From assembly GCA_963804995.1 (NCBI GenBank), contig CAWDSK010000006.1:1280001-1344000 (forward strand): a stretch of 64,000 nucleotides of DNA, given 5' to 3'. The translations under genes and the position numbers were made by a program. Positions 20,230 through 30,791 of the stretch are shown here, piece after piece (position 1 is the stretch's first letter; the number at the start of each line of letters is the position of its first letter). The notes below the pieces were generated by a model. That model ran no database searches. It was not told the DNA's origin and saw only the letters and a list, made by a program, of their open reading frames with translations. Source of the DNA: an uncultured Acidobacteriota bacterium. Its GTDB lineage: Bacteria > Acidobacteriota > Terriglobia > UBA7540.

Positions 20230-21318
20230 ATGAACCCGGCTTCCCTCCTTCCCGACCTCCCACCCGGGGCCCGCATCCTCATCATTCGCCTTAGATCCAT
20301 CGGCGACATCGTATTGTTGACGCCGGCGCTGCGTTTGGTGAAGGAGTGGCGTCCTGACTTGCGCCTCTCCGTAGTGGTGGAATCCCGGTTTAATGAGCTC
20401 TTGGAGGGCAATCCTGCAGTGGAGGAAATCCTCACGCCCGGCCAGGGTTCCGGCTGGGGAAAGTTTACCTCGCGATTTGACCTCATCCGATCCCTGCGCC
20501 GGCGCGCTTTTGCAATCTGCGTGAACTTGCACGGCGGCCCCACCAGCCGCCTGCTTACTCGCTGGAGCGGCGCCCGCTGGCGCGTGGGCTTTGCTCATTA
20601 CCGGGGGTCGGGCCTCTACCACGTCCTGGTTCCGGACGCCCGGACGATACTGAATCAGCCTTCGATTCACACGGCCGAACATCAGGCGGCCGCGTTTTTC
20701 TACTTGGGATTGCCTCGGCAGGAAATCCCGCGCGCCCAACTCTTTTCGGGACTGGCCCAGGCTACTTGGTGGGACGCCAAACGCCAGAGTCTGGGAATCG
20801 CTCCTGAAAAACCTTACGCCATCGTTCATCCCACCGCACTTTACAAAACCAAGGAATGGGCTCCCGAAAGATTCGCGCGCCTCGCCGAACACCTGGAAAA
20901 GGATGCGGGCCTGGCATCCGTCTTTACTTGTGGGCCGGGAGAATCTGCTGTCCTTGACGCCGTGGAGAAGGCCGCTGGCGCGCCGATCCAGCGGCTGGAA
21001 GGGATGGGCCTGGCTCAATTCGCAGCCGCTTTGGCCCGAGCGCGTCTGTTCGTGGGAAATGACAGTGGGCCTGCCCACATGGCCGCGGCGCTGGCTCGGC
21101 CCGTGGTGGTTATTTTCGGGTCTTCGAGCTCTCCCATCTGGGGCCCCTGGCCGCGGCAGAGCGCAAGGCCGGCAGCGCGCGTGGTACAGAATCCCTATGA
21201 TTGCAATCCCTGCCCCGGCGATCACTGCTATCGATTCGACAAGCCCGAGTGTATTCTGTCTGTGACCTTCGATCAGGTAAAAGACGCGGTAGACTCCGTA
21301 CTGGCACAAGCTGATTAG
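20230..21318 (+). CDS. GT9 glycosyltransferase (heptosyltransferase-like)
   Basis: IRLRSIGDIVL, KEW, GNDSGPAHMAAAL, C-terminal Cys motif. Confidence 0.93.
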   Translation: MNPASLLPDLPPGARILIIRLRSIGDIVLLTPALRLVKEWRPDLRLSVVVESRFNELLEGNPAVEEILTPGQGSGWGKFTSRFDLIRSLRRRAFAICVNLHGGPTSRLLTRWSGARWRVGFAHYRGSGLYHVLVPDARTILNQPSIHTAEHQAAAFFYLGLPRQEIPRAQLFSGLAQATWWDAKRQSLGIAPEKPYAIVHPTALYKTKEWAPERFARLAEHLEKDAGLASVFTCGPGESAVLDAVEKAAGAPIQRLEGMGLAQFAAALARARLFVGNDSGPAHMAAALARPVVVIFGSSSSPIWGPWPRQSARPAARVVQNPYDCNPCPGDHCYRFDKPECILSVTFDQVKDAVDSVLAQAD

Positions 21319-21323
21319 CGGTT

Positions 21324-21725
21324 TCAAAACGGGGAATAGGCAAGGCCCTTGGTCTTGCGATCGACCAGGAGTTCAAGAGGTGGCTGACGATCGTTGATAG
21401 TAAGCGTGACGATGACCGTCCCCGAACCCTTGGAGCGTGAACCCAGAATCTCAAAGGTGCGAATCTTGCCATAATCACCCTTATCGCCCCAGTCGTGAAG
21501 GAAATCCGGGTAGGAGTAAGACTGGCTGGGCTGCCACAGGCGGTAAGCTTCCTGAAAATTGCTTTGCTCCAGAGTCTTGAGAAACTGTGAGACGGCGCGT
21601 TCCTCCGGAAAGTTGCGGAAGAACATGTAAGCCGCCCCGCTCAGGATGATGATCACCAGGGCAAGGGTAACGTAGCGCCCTATCTTACGCGGCGGTTTGG
21701 GAGGTGTGGCATCCAGTAAAGTCAT
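21324..21725 (-). CDS. Membrane-anchored hypothetical protein
   Basis: Single N-terminal TM, then EERAVSQF...AYRLW...DFLHDWG. Confidence 0.75.
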   Translation of the reverse strand: MTLLDATPPKPPRKIGRYVTLALVIIILSGAAYMFFRNFPEERAVSQFLKTLEQSNFQEAYRLWQPSQSYSYPDFLHDWGDKGDYGKIRTFEILGSRSKGSGTVIVTLTINDRQPPLELLVDRKTKGLAYSPF

Positions 21726-21806
21726 CGGCGATTCTCCGTGGGAGTATAAACGAACCCCCGAGCCCCGTCATTATATTAGATGCGCCGGCAAGTTGTGAGG
21801 AGGGCT

Positions 21807-21882
21807 GTAGCACAGCCACTCCTGGCTGTGTTGTTGGGCTCGAACCTCGCGCCGCAGTCACAGGCAGGAGTGCCTGTGCTAC
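21807..21882. repeat. GTAG-headed REP-like doublet
   Basis: gtagcacagccactcctggctgtg ... cacaggcaggagtgcctgtgctac. Confidence 0.8.
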
Positions 21883-21951
21883 CGTGCGGGGGTGGCGCGC
21901 CGAGCGCCGGGGTGGTGCTGATAGTGGGGTCAAGCCACTCGCGGTAGATTC

Positions 21952-23064
21952 TCAGAGGGAACGCTTGAAAAGGGCGGTTTCAGCAACCACCATCACCACA
22001 GTGAACACCGCCAGAAAAGCCAGGTCTCCGGCAATGGCCATGATTCCCGTGTTTTTAAGCAGCAGCGCTTTGAACGCATGCACGGCGTAGGTAAAGGGAT
22101 CACATTTGGAAATGACTTGCATCCAGGGTGGAAATCCGTAGATGGGATAGACGGCGCCGCTGGGGAAGTAAAGCAGCGTGTTCAGCACACCGAAAGTGGC
22201 GCGGGGCACCAGGGGGTCATTGACGCGGACCATCAGGAAAAACATCATGCTGATCAGCGCCAGGGAGGTCAAGACGATGACCAGCAGAAGTTTCAGCAGG
22301 CGGATGGGTTCAAGCGGATTGGGTATTCCGGCGATGAAGGATCCCACCGTGGTCAGCACGAGCCCGGCCAAAACCGCCTTGGCCGCTCCGGAGAGATTGA
22401 AGCCGAGGATCAGTTCAAGTTTGGTAATCGGCGTGACCAGATAACCTTCATGCAGGCCGCGCGCTTTATCATCGATATAGATAATCCCTCCGCCAATCAT
22501 CGCGGAAACGAAGATCGCCATGACGATCGAGCCCGACAGGAGGTATTGGATATAGGGAACGTAGGGATAGAGTTCCACGACCGAGAGCGTGACCCCAGTG
22601 GGGACGCGCGGCGTGGCGCCACCTTGATTGTAGGTTCCCACAATATCGCTGAACCCAGCCTCGAGCGCGCCGACCGCGAAGTTGTCGGTGTTGTCTTCAA
22701 TCAGCGCCACTTGCGGCGCATCCTTGGCCAGAACCCGGCGTGAGTAATCGGGCGGAAAATTCAGGACCCCATTGACTCGCCCATCCCGCAAGTCCTGCAT
22801 GGCCTTCTGGAGATCGGAGTAGTCAACCGTTTCAAAGGTCCGCGCGTTGGCGGCGATGGCCCCACACATTTCCCGCAGCTTGACGGTGGGCAGGCCATGA
22901 TCCTGATTGACCACCGCGACGCGCAGGTCCCGGATTTTCCCGCCAAAGGCGTATCCCAGGACGACCAATTGCACGATCGGCATCACCATCGACACCAGGA
23001 TCAGCGTGGGGCTGTGTATAAACTTGCGCAGATCGCGTTCGACAAGTGCCAGGATTCGATTCAT
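21952..23064 (-). CDS. ABC-2 type permease
   Basis: Multiple TMs, EGYLVTP, SGAVYP, PFTYAV. Confidence 0.93.
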   Translation of the reverse strand: MNRILALVERDLRKFIHSPTLILVSMVMPIVQLVVLGYAFGGKIRDLRVAVVNQDHGLPTVKLREMCGAIAANARTFETVDYSDLQKAMQDLRDGRVNGVLNFPPDYSRRVLAKDAPQVALIEDNTDNFAVGALEAGFSDIVGTYNQGGATPRVPTGVTLSVVELYPYVPYIQYLLSGSIVMAIFVSAMIGGGIIYIDDKARGLHEGYLVTPITKLELILGFNLSGAAKAVLAGLVLTTVGSFIAGIPNPLEPIRLLKLLLVIVLTSLALISMMFFLMVRVNDPLVPRATFGVLNTLLYFPSGAVYPIYGFPPWMQVISKCDPFTYAVHAFKALLLKNTGIMAIAGDLAFLAVFTVVMVVAETALFKRSL

Positions 23065-23070
23065 GACCTT

Positions 23071-24087
23071 CTACCTTTGCGCCAATCCCGGGAAGAGAGT
23101 GGGAGCCGCATCTTGCAAAGAGTCGCGCAATTGCCGGCCCGTGTAATGCATAAACACATCGTCGAGCGAAGTGCTTTGCACGGAAAGCGAAGTCACCTCA
23201 ATTTGCGCGTCGCGGGCCGCCTCCAGCAGCGCCACCGTGGTCTTGGGACCGTTATCGGAGCCGATGCGGAACACGTGGTCGTCAGACTTCACGTCTTGCA
23301 CGTCCGGGAGGCTTTGCACGGTTTTGAGCCATCCTTCCGGGATGCGCGAAAAACCGACTTCCAGGATATTGTTTCCGGGGATAGAAGCCTTGAGCTTGAG
23401 CGGCGAATCCAGCGCCATCAGCTTCCCATGGTCGACGATGGCAATGCGATCGCAGAGCTTGTCAGCCTCGTCCATATAATGGGTGGTCAGCAGGATGGTT
23501 AATTCCCGTTCATGCTTGAGCCGCATGAGCATTTCCCACACGCCCACGCGGGAAGCCGGGTCAAGTCCGGTGGTGGGCTCGTCCAGAAAAAAGATGCGCG
23601 GCTCATGCACCAGGCCGCGCGCGATCTCCAAACGCCGCCGCATGCCACCGGAGAAATTCTTCACCGGCTTATCCGCCCAAGCCAGCAGATCGACCGCTTC
23701 CAGGAGTTCTTTGGCGATCTTGATGCGGCGCTCCCGCGGAACCCCGTAAAGCTTGGCAAAGATCTGCATGTTCTCCATGGCGGTCAAATCCAGGTCGGAG
23801 GTCATGGCTTGGGGAATAACCCCGATGCATTTGCGGACCTGGTCGGCATAACGAACCACGTCGAAACCCAGAATGCGCGCCACGCCGGAAGTGGGGGGGA
23901 GAAGTGTGGTCAGCACGCGGATCAGGGTGGATTTCCCCGCCCCGTTCGGTCCCAGCAAGCCGAACACTTCGCCGTACGCCACCGTAAAATTCAAATCATC
24001 GACGGCGCAAAAGGTGCCGAAACATTTGCGCAGGTGCTCGACTTCCACCGCGATGATCGTTTTGGGCTGCGTCGGCAATGTTTCCAT
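23071..24087 (-). CDS. ABC exporter ATP-binding protein (DrrA-like)
   Basis: GPNGAGKST, FSGGMRRRL, LDEPTTGLDP, THYMDEA. Confidence 0.95.
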   Translation of the reverse strand: METLPTQPKTIIAVEVEHLRKCFGTFCAVDDLNFTVAYGEVFGLLGPNGAGKSTLIRVLTTLLPPTSGVARILGFDVVRYADQVRKCIGVIPQAMTSDLDLTAMENMQIFAKLYGVPRERRIKIAKELLEAVDLLAWADKPVKNFSGGMRRRLEIARGLVHEPRIFFLDEPTTGLDPASRVGVWEMLMRLKHERELTILLTTHYMDEADKLCDRIAIVDHGKLMALDSPLKLKASIPGNNILEVGFSRIPEGWLKTVQSLPDVQDVKSDDHVFRIGSDNGPKTTVALLEAARDAQIEVTSLSVQSTSLDDVFMHYTGRQLRDSLQDAAPTLFPGLAQR

Positions 24088-24116
24088 AGTTAGGATCCCG
24101 GCCACCCGGAGGGGGT

Positions 24117-25172
24117 TTAGAGGCCGTCTTGCGCGGGCAACGTCACGAAAGCGGTCAGGCCGGGCCACAACCGGCGGTCCTGGTTGTCAACGCGCAAACG
24201 GAGTTCGAAGGTCTTGATGTCCCGCTTGCTTTGGCTCACATCGCGCTGGGTGGCATAGTCAGCGTCGACACCACGATAGAAAACCGATCCCTCGCGCTCC
24301 ATCCCATCGGGAAATCGGACGTGCATGCGGTCGCCCAGGCGGATGCGATCCAGGAACGTTTCCGGCACGTCCGCGCGCACCCAAAGGTCATCCGGATTAA
24401 TAATGGAGACAATCGGTTGGCCGATGTTCACCACTTCACCCTGGCGGGCAGCCAGCACGGAGATGATGCCGGAAATGGGCGCGTGAATCTCCGTGTAGTC
24501 CAGGCGGACTTGCGCCTTGGAGCTTTGCGCGCCGGCGGCGGCCAGTTGCCCCTGCATGGCTAGAAGTTGACTCCGCCGCACCGCAATCTGATCCTGGTTC
24601 GATTGGGCGAGGGCGACCGCGGCGCGCTGGGCATCCACCTGCTTGCGGAGAGATTCCACGTGCGCCTGCTGCGCCTCAAAAGTGGCGCGCGCCTGATCCA
24701 GCGCTTGCTGCGATTCAATCTTCTGGTCGTAAAGGCCCTTGGTGCGCTGATAGGTCAAGCGGTCAAGTTCCAGGTTCGCTTTGGCTTCATTTTCCTGGGC
24801 CACGGCCGCGGCCAGCCCTGCCTCAGCCTGGTTGATCTGGTCACGCGTCTGGGCTTCCTGGAATTTCAGCGCCGCCTCGGCTTCTGTCACCTGCGCGGCC
24901 GTTCCCCGCTGGGTGTGAAGGTAAAAGGACTCGTCCGCCCGCAGCTCCTGGGGTTCGATGACCGCCAGCAACTGCCCGGGCTTTACCACATCACCTTCCT
25001 TCACCAGTACCTGGGCAAGCTGACCCTGGATTTGTGAGCTCGCAATCACATCGTTGGTCGTGACGATGCCGGTCAGGATAATGGGTTGTGGTCTGGTGAC
25101 GGCCTTATAATAAACCACTCCACCCCCCAGGAGGACCAACGCCAGGATGGGTATAATAATCTTGCGCTTCAT
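24117..25172 (-). CDS. HlyD-family periplasmic adaptor
   Basis: N-terminal TM, VKEGDVVKPGQLL, coiled coil, IHAPISG. Confidence 0.93.
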   Translation of the reverse strand: MKRKIIIPILALVLLGGGVVYYKAVTRPQPIILTGIVTTNDVIASSQIQGQLAQVLVKEGDVVKPGQLLAVIEPQELRADESFYLHTQRGTAAQVTEAEAALKFQEAQTRDQINQAEAGLAAAVAQENEAKANLELDRLTYQRTKGLYDQKIESQQALDQARATFEAQQAHVESLRKQVDAQRAAVALAQSNQDQIAVRRSQLLAMQGQLAAAGAQSSKAQVRLDYTEIHAPISGIISVLAARQGEVVNIGQPIVSIINPDDLWVRADVPETFLDRIRLGDRMHVRFPDGMEREGSVFYRGVDADYATQRDVSQSKRDIKTFELRLRVDNQDRRLWPGLTAFVTLPAQDGL

Positions 25173-25837
25173 GGTTCCCGAGCCTCCGGATTTCGAAAAA
25201 GAGCGTAGCGGATGAACTTCAGTACCTCCGCTTTCCTCGTGGCTAAGTTCGACTTGCTGTAGGGGTCTTGCCCCGTGATCATCCGAAACGCCGGAGCGAT
25301 ATTGAAATAATGCGCCGTCATGCCGGCAATCGAAACGATCGTGTGCCCCTTGTCCAGGCGCCGGAATTCCCCGGCTTTCATTCCCCGCTCGAGCAAGGCC
25401 ACCAACAGCTTCTTGAGGGGAATCGAATACTCGCGCACCATCCGCTCCAAGGTGCGATCACCTTCCATCATCATGCGCTGGAAGATGCGCGGGTAATGCG
25501 GATGAGTTCCGATGAAGTCAAAATGATAACTCACATAACGGAGGAGAGTTGGACCCGCAGACCCCGGGGCCGAAAGTATCTCCTCCGCTTTCCGCTGGAA
25601 TTCCCGAACTTGCGAGCCCACCACCGCCTGGTAAAGGCCTTCCTTGCTCTTGAAGTAGTAATATAACAAGGCCTTGTTCACACCGGCGCTCGCGGCGATG
25701 GCCTCCGTGCGCGCGCCCGCCAAGCCGCCTTCCGCATAGATGCGCTCGGCGGCCCTCAGGATGGCGGCGCGGGTCTCCACACTGTCGTGGTGCCGCGCGT
25801 GATTTGGAATTGCTTTCTTTTTGCTCGCCCTTGCCAT
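25169..25837 (-). CDS. TetR-family regulator
   Basis: IAASAGVNKALLYYYFKSKEGLY HTH. Confidence 0.95.
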   Translation of the reverse strand: MARASKKKAIPNHARHHDSVETRAAILRAAERIYAEGGLAGARTEAIAASAGVNKALLYYYFKSKEGLYQAVVGSQVREFQRKAEEILSAPGSAGPTLLRYVSYHFDFIGTHPHYPRIFQRMMMEGDRTLERMVREYSIPLKKLLVALLERGMKAGEFRRLDKGHTIVSIAGMTAHYFNIAPAFRMITGQDPYSKSNLATRKAEVLKFIRYALFRNPEAREP

Positions 25838-25859
25838 TTAACTAACCAGATAGTTAAAT
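25836..25859. promoter_or_regulatory. Probable TetR operator
   Basis: Perfect palindrome ATTTAACTA-N6-TAGTTAAAT overlapping the tetR start; TTGACG on the minus strand at 25879-25884. Confidence 0.75.
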
Positions 25860-26034
25860 ACCATATTTCGCATGGCGGCGTCAAGCACTCCCGCGCGCGT
25901 TGCTCTGCGCCACTAAAGGTCAACATGTTTGCGGCTCGCCCAGATTTTCCAGGTCTGTTTGGTTGCCGCTCGGCCGCGCTGTGATCTCAGCGTTAAAGAT
26001 CGAGAGGCACAACGCGGCAGAGCCGCGACGAGAA

Positions 26035-26108
26035 TGTGCCACGGCCGACTTGCCCCGATGCATCGGGGTCCTGGCCGTGCCGGTCACGGGCGGGACACCC
26101 GTGGCACA
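26035..26108. repeat. REP-like palindrome; an interrupted inverted copy lies at 35661-35865
   Basis: tgtgccacggcc...ccccgatgcatcgggg...cccgtggcaca. Confidence 0.8.
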
Positions 26109-26197
26109 GAGGACATGGCGAGTTTCGTTTTGGTGGCGGCTCAACGGCGCGGCGCTACTCGCTTGCTCAACCACGAAGGATAAGAACTGAAATCATA

Positions 26198-26267
26198 GCC
26201 CTCTCCGAGGGGAGAGGGTGGACCGCCGCCGGCGTTTTCATCAGCCGGGGCGGGATGGGTGAGGGGT
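26198..26267. repeat. CCCTC/GAGGG hairpin repeat; copies at 52241-52315 and, partially, 1110-1146
   Basis: Shared ggagagggtggaccgc..ccggcgttttcatcagccggggcggga.gggtgagggg. Confidence 0.85.
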
Positions 26268-26667
26268 TACTTTACCACCCGGCGAGCGGACCCGTCCCCA
26301 ACTATGGAACTGTTAGTGCCTCTTCTAGTTTGGCTGCATATCGTTTGCGTCGCATTGCTTCGAGACGCGGCACTTATCATCGCGAGATTTGGGGTGTGAG
26401 ATGGAGGTGGGAAATCTACACATACGGGCGGGCGAATGGCGAAAAGATCGGGCTCAGTGTCCCGCGCTGGCCTACTTTACGGTTGCAGGCCGGCGAATAT
26501 TTGTCATGTGGGACATGTCCCAGTTGTTGCTCTCCGCGCGCCATAGCGCGCGAGGTCCCACCAACTTTCCCAACTTCATGACGTTTTTTCCCCCTGACTT
26601 TTTAGTTGCAGTTCGGCTGCTCTGCGCCGCTCACTTTACAGCGGCACCAGAAGCCCTCGAGTTCCGC

Positions 26668-27408
26668 TTACGGACCTTTTCCCGTGGTGGGTGGAAATGG
26701 CCGGACGGGAAACGTGTAATAGAATCGCTTCCCTTCCGGCAGGGTAATAAGAACGGTGACGGTATCTTCCGCCTGAGCGTCAGCGGGCACTTGCACGTCG
26801 AACCCGCGGCCGTCCGCCGTCGGTTTGACGACGCCCCGGCCGTCTTGCACGGTGACGGTGCAATTGGCGGTGGTCAGGTTCAGGTCCAGGAAGCGGAGGG
26901 GCATCACGCCACCCGGACGCACGTCGAGCTTGGCGGCAATGAACATGTTTGAGAACTTGCAGGGCAGGAAAGACTGCGATGCGAGGGTGGGAGTAGTGAC
27001 AACACCTCCGTCTTTCAACCAGTCGTCAATGATCGCCACATCTTTCTCGTCAATTTCACCGTTCAAGCTGAGGTCCGCAGCGGCCGGGCACGGGGCTGAG
27101 TCAGTGATAGCCGGCTTGGTGCGAAATTGCGCCAACATCCTGATCAATGCCCGGTCGGCCTCGTCTACACGCCCGTCCTCGTTCACGTCCCCCACGATGT
27201 AGAGCGGTACCACGCTGACTTCAAGGTGCTGAAGCACGGCCACCCGTTGATCGTGGTTGGTAGGCCGATTGGGAGGAGCGGGCGCCTGGCCGTGCGCCAG
27301 CCGCACGTCAAGTCCGGTGGCTAGGAGAATCACGAGTGAGGCAACACGCGCCCAGTATTGGAGGCATCGAAATACATCGCCATGGTAGCCGCAACCTTTT
27401 TGCCGCAT
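26668..27408 (-). CDS. Exported protein with dockerin-type duplicated Ca-binding loops
   Basis: GDVNEDGRVDEADRALI and ADLSLNGEIDEKDVAII; signal-like N-terminus. Confidence 0.75.
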   Translation of the reverse strand: MRQKGCGYHGDVFRCLQYWARVASLVILLATGLDVRLAHGQAPAPPNRPTNHDQRVAVLQHLEVSVVPLYIVGDVNEDGRVDEADRALIRMLAQFRTKPAITDSAPCPAAADLSLNGEIDEKDVAIIDDWLKDGGVVTTPTLASQSFLPCKFSNMFIAAKLDVRPGGVMPLRFLDLNLTTANCTVTVQDGRGVVKPTADGRGFDVQVPADAQAEDTVTVLITLPEGKRFYYTFPVRPFPPTTGKGP

Positions 27409-27422
27409 GTGGTCCTCCCTCG

Positions 27423-29522
27423 TTAGTAACCTGTCCGCGTGTGGGCCGGTGGGTTGTCCTTGGCGTAGCCGTGGTCGGAATATCCGCCTTTACACTGGTC
27501 CGCATTCTTGAGCAGTTTCCCCGCCAGTCGTTGATAGTTGATCGAGCCCCACCAGAAGTTCTCCCGGACCCAGGTACTGACTTCCTCGCTCAGAACGCTC
27601 TCGATATAGGAGGCGTTATCTGAGGCATCGCCATTTGTGGAGCGTGCGTCGGCGGTGGAGTCCGTAAGCGCCATATCCGCTTCCCACCCGGCGTGAAGAG
27701 GGCAGTCGATCGTGGAGGACATCGAGCAGGTTGCGGTGGCGCGGTTCTCCAGTTCGTCAATCGCCTTGGCAGTCAGACCCGCATAACAGCTAAAATCCAC
27801 CACCACCCAGTCACACACATTCTTATTGGCGGCCTTGTAGTTGTTCTGGTGGAAGTCGCAGCGGTCGATGTAATCACCGGAATCATGGTGTGTCGCCAGG
27901 ATGCCGCAGGCATGGAATCGGTCGTCCTCATAGGCGCATTTGTTTGACTCCACGTCGGAGCACGAACCGTGTCCTCTGAACATCTCGATGCCGAGTTCCA
28001 AACCGCCGCGCAGTTTCGCCCGATGCTCACCTATAGCTTTCCATACTTTCGCCCACTCCGAGCGGTTGTGATCCCGGGCAGCCTTGACTTCATCTTTGTC
28101 AGGGTAAACCTTCTTCCCGATTTCCTTGCCCAGCACAGTCACACCAATCAAATACGCTTCAGGGACCACCTTGAAATCCGGCGTGACGTAATCCACATCA
28201 CACTGCAACTGGCGGAGTTTCCGGCTGATGGCTTGAAAATCCGGTTCGTACCAAACCGCTTTGCTGAAATCAAGAATAAGGGCCGCACAGGGTTTGTCGC
28301 GCTGGGGGCAGTCCGACACCTCCGTCGTGTGCGTGGGCATAGGATTGGAGGGCGGCGTGACAGGTGGAGTGACCGGAGGGGGATTCTCCGGGGGCGTTAC
28401 CGGTGTCGGATTCTCGGGCGGCTTCGTGACCGTGGTGGGCGGCGTCACAGGCGGCGACACGGTGGTCGGCGTCTGGGGTATGGGAGTTACCGGCGTGGGA
28501 TTCTCCACCGGAGGAGTCGTCGGAGTCTCGGGCAGCGGAGGGTTCGCGGGGATTGTGCCAGGAGGCAGAACCGGGTGCCCCAAGAGATGTCCCGCTGCTT
28601 CCTCACGCCGGCGCGCGTTGGCTTCATCCCATTTGGCCTCATCTTCCCACGTTTTCCTGGTCTTCGGGTCGGTCGCTTCCCGCGCGTACCGACGCGCCTT
28701 CTCGGCTTCCTCGTGCCAGAAGCGGGCGCTGTCGATCAGGTCTTGAGCCAACTTCCGGTCGGCTTCGGTCGGCCCCGGCGGCGACACGGGAGCAACTACC
28801 GGCCCCGCTGGCACTGATTCCTTGAAACCCTCCAAATCCTTCGCCGCTTGATCGCAGGCCTCCGCTTGTTGCTGACGCTGCCGGGCAGTCTCCTCCCACA
28901 TTAGCCGGTTGGTAGGATCGGAGGTATTCTTGGCGGTCTCCAGAGCTTCCCGAGCCAGCCTGCGAAACTCCTCGGCGTTCTTTCGCATTGCCTGGGCATG
29001 GCCACTAATTTCCTCCGACTCTCGCGGTCCCACCTGTGGCGCCGGAGGGCTTGGGGGAGTTGGTGCGGCAGGCGTAACCGTAGTCTCCGGGGGCGCAAAA
29101 ATCGTCAGGTGAACCGGCAGGACGGATCGGTCCTGGTGGCAAGTAGGCTCCTTGCGGCAAGTTTCGCATTTCACCAGGACTGTCCCTTGGTATTGGCCAA
29201 GGGCCATTCCGGTGGTGTCAAAACGGACCGGCAAGGCTTGACTGCTGTGGCCGGGAACGGTGGCTTGCGGTTTCGCCAACAACTGAAGAAAAGGAACATC
29301 CACTGGCGTGATGTTGAAGGTGTGCGTACGCTTGCACTCGTTGTGGATGTCGAGGTTGCTGGTTGCCTGGAAGTCAGGTTTCAGGGTCACATTCCAGGCT
29401 GCCTTCTCTTCAGACCCCTGCTGAGCCCGCAACGGGGCGCACAGGGTACACACTCCCAGCCATCCTGAGAGCAATAGAAAAACAATGCGCGCGCGCTGGT
29501 CCATGTCGACGTGTTCCCCCAT
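27423..29522 (-). CDS. Exported multidomain protein: beta-rich N-domain, helical repeats, Pro/Thr linker, possible caspase-fold C-domain
   Basis: Signal peptide; PPVT/PENP linker; FRGHGS and DFSCYAG motifs. Confidence 0.7.
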   Translation of the reverse strand: MGEHVDMDQRARIVFLLLSGWLGVCTLCAPLRAQQGSEEKAAWNVTLKPDFQATSNLDIHNECKRTHTFNITPVDVPFLQLLAKPQATVPGHSSQALPVRFDTTGMALGQYQGTVLVKCETCRKEPTCHQDRSVLPVHLTIFAPPETTVTPAAPTPPSPPAPQVGPRESEEISGHAQAMRKNAEEFRRLAREALETAKNTSDPTNRLMWEETARQRQQQAEACDQAAKDLEGFKESVPAGPVVAPVSPPGPTEADRKLAQDLIDSARFWHEEAEKARRYAREATDPKTRKTWEDEAKWDEANARRREEAAGHLLGHPVLPPGTIPANPPLPETPTTPPVENPTPVTPIPQTPTTVSPPVTPPTTVTKPPENPTPVTPPENPPPVTPPVTPPSNPMPTHTTEVSDCPQRDKPCAALILDFSKAVWYEPDFQAISRKLRQLQCDVDYVTPDFKVVPEAYLIGVTVLGKEIGKKVYPDKDEVKAARDHNRSEWAKVWKAIGEHRAKLRGGLELGIEMFRGHGSCSDVESNKCAYEDDRFHACGILATHHDSGDYIDRCDFHQNNYKAANKNVCDWVVVDFSCYAGLTAKAIDELENRATATCSMSSTIDCPLHAGWEADMALTDSTADARSTNGDASDNASYIESVLSEEVSTWVRENFWWGSINYQRLAGKLLKNADQCKGGYSDHGYAKDNPPAHTRTGY

Positions 29523-29681
29523 TCGCCGTGACGCGGTTTCTCGAACTCAATTACCGGGTTTACCCTTTGGATTACGGATACCGTTAAGTATACACCAGAT
29601 TTTTTCCGAAGGAGTGTCCCAATAACTCCGACGCAAGGGTGGATAGGTGCGGTGAGTTGTGAACGACTGGGTAACAGGAAT

Positions 29682-30791
29682 CTACACTTTCGGCGAGTAG
29701 GTAAATCGCGTGCGGGATTTTTCCTGGTGGCGCTCCAGGGCCAGCGCGACCAGGCGGTCCAGTAGCTCGGAGTAAGGAACGCCGCTCGCTTCCCAAAGCT
29801 TGGGATACATGCTGATGGAAGTGAAACCCGGGATGGTATTGATCTCGTTCAAGTAGACCCTTCCGGTCTTGCGGTCAAGGAGAAAGTCCACGCGTCCCAT
29901 GCCGGCCCCGTCGATGGCTTGAAAGGCGCGCACGGCAACATCCTGAACGCGTTTAGTCTGCTGAGGTGTAAGAGAGGCTGGAATGATAAGGTCAGAGCCC
30001 TCCTTGATATACTTCGCCTCGTAATCATAGAACTCATTGACAGGGACAACTTCCCCCGGCACGGAGGCTTGCGGAGCGTCGTTACCGAGCACCGAGCACT
30101 CGATCTCGCGAGCGTCGATTCCCTTTTCGACCAGTATCTTGCGGTCATACTGCGCGGCCAGATCCATCGCGGCGGGGAGTTCGCGCCGCGTGTGGACCTT
30201 GCTGATTCCCACCGATGAGCCAAGATTCACGGGTTTGACGAAGAGCGGATAGCGCAGCTTCTTTTCGATGCGCTTGCGCACGGTATCGGGATTCTTCTCC
30301 CAATCGGCGCGCAGCACCAGTTCCCAGGGCACGACGGGCAGACCCGCGTCGCGAAACAGGCGCTTCATCACATCCTTATCCATCCCCGCCGCGGACGCAA
30401 GCACGCCCGCCCCCACATACGGGATGTCAGCCAGCTCCAGCAATCCCTGCACAGTGCCATCCTCGCCGAAAGTCCCGTGCAGGACGGGAAAGATGACATC
30501 GACCTCCGGGCGCAGTTTTGTGGCGGAGACTGAGCCCGCCAGGGGCAGGAGTTTGGGCCCGGTGGGATCCACCGAAGGCGTTACAGGGTCGCCACTTTCA
30601 AGAACTTCGGGGAGAAGCGCGATGGCCCCGGAGCCCACCCGCCAGTGTCCCTCGCGCGTAATGCCGATGGGCACAATTTCATACTTGGACGGATCGAGCG
30701 CCTTCAGGATGGAGGCCGCGGAAATGAGCGAAACGTCGTGCTCGCCCGAGCGTCCGCCAAATAGAATCCCCAAGCGGATTTTCTTGGTCAC
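29682..30791 (-). CDS. ddl: D-alanine--D-alanine ligase
   Basis: [34 protein letters not shown]. Confidence 0.98.
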   Translation of the reverse strand: MTKKIRLGILFGGRSGEHDVSLISAASILKALDPSKYEIVPIGITREGHWRVGSGAIALLPEVLESGDPVTPSVDPTGPKLLPLAGSVSATKLRPEVDVIFPVLHGTFGEDGTVQGLLELADIPYVGAGVLASAAGMDKDVMKRLFRDAGLPVVPWELVLRADWEKNPDTVRKRIEKKLRYPLFVKPVNLGSSVGISKVHTRRELPAAMDLAAQYDRKILVEKGIDAREIECSVLGNDAPQASVPGEVVPVNEFYDYEAKYIKEGSDLIIPASLTPQQTKRVQDVAVRAFQAIDGAGMGRVDFLLDRKTGRVYLNEINTIPGFTSISMYPKLWEASGVPYSELLDRLVALALERHQEKSRTRFTYSPKV

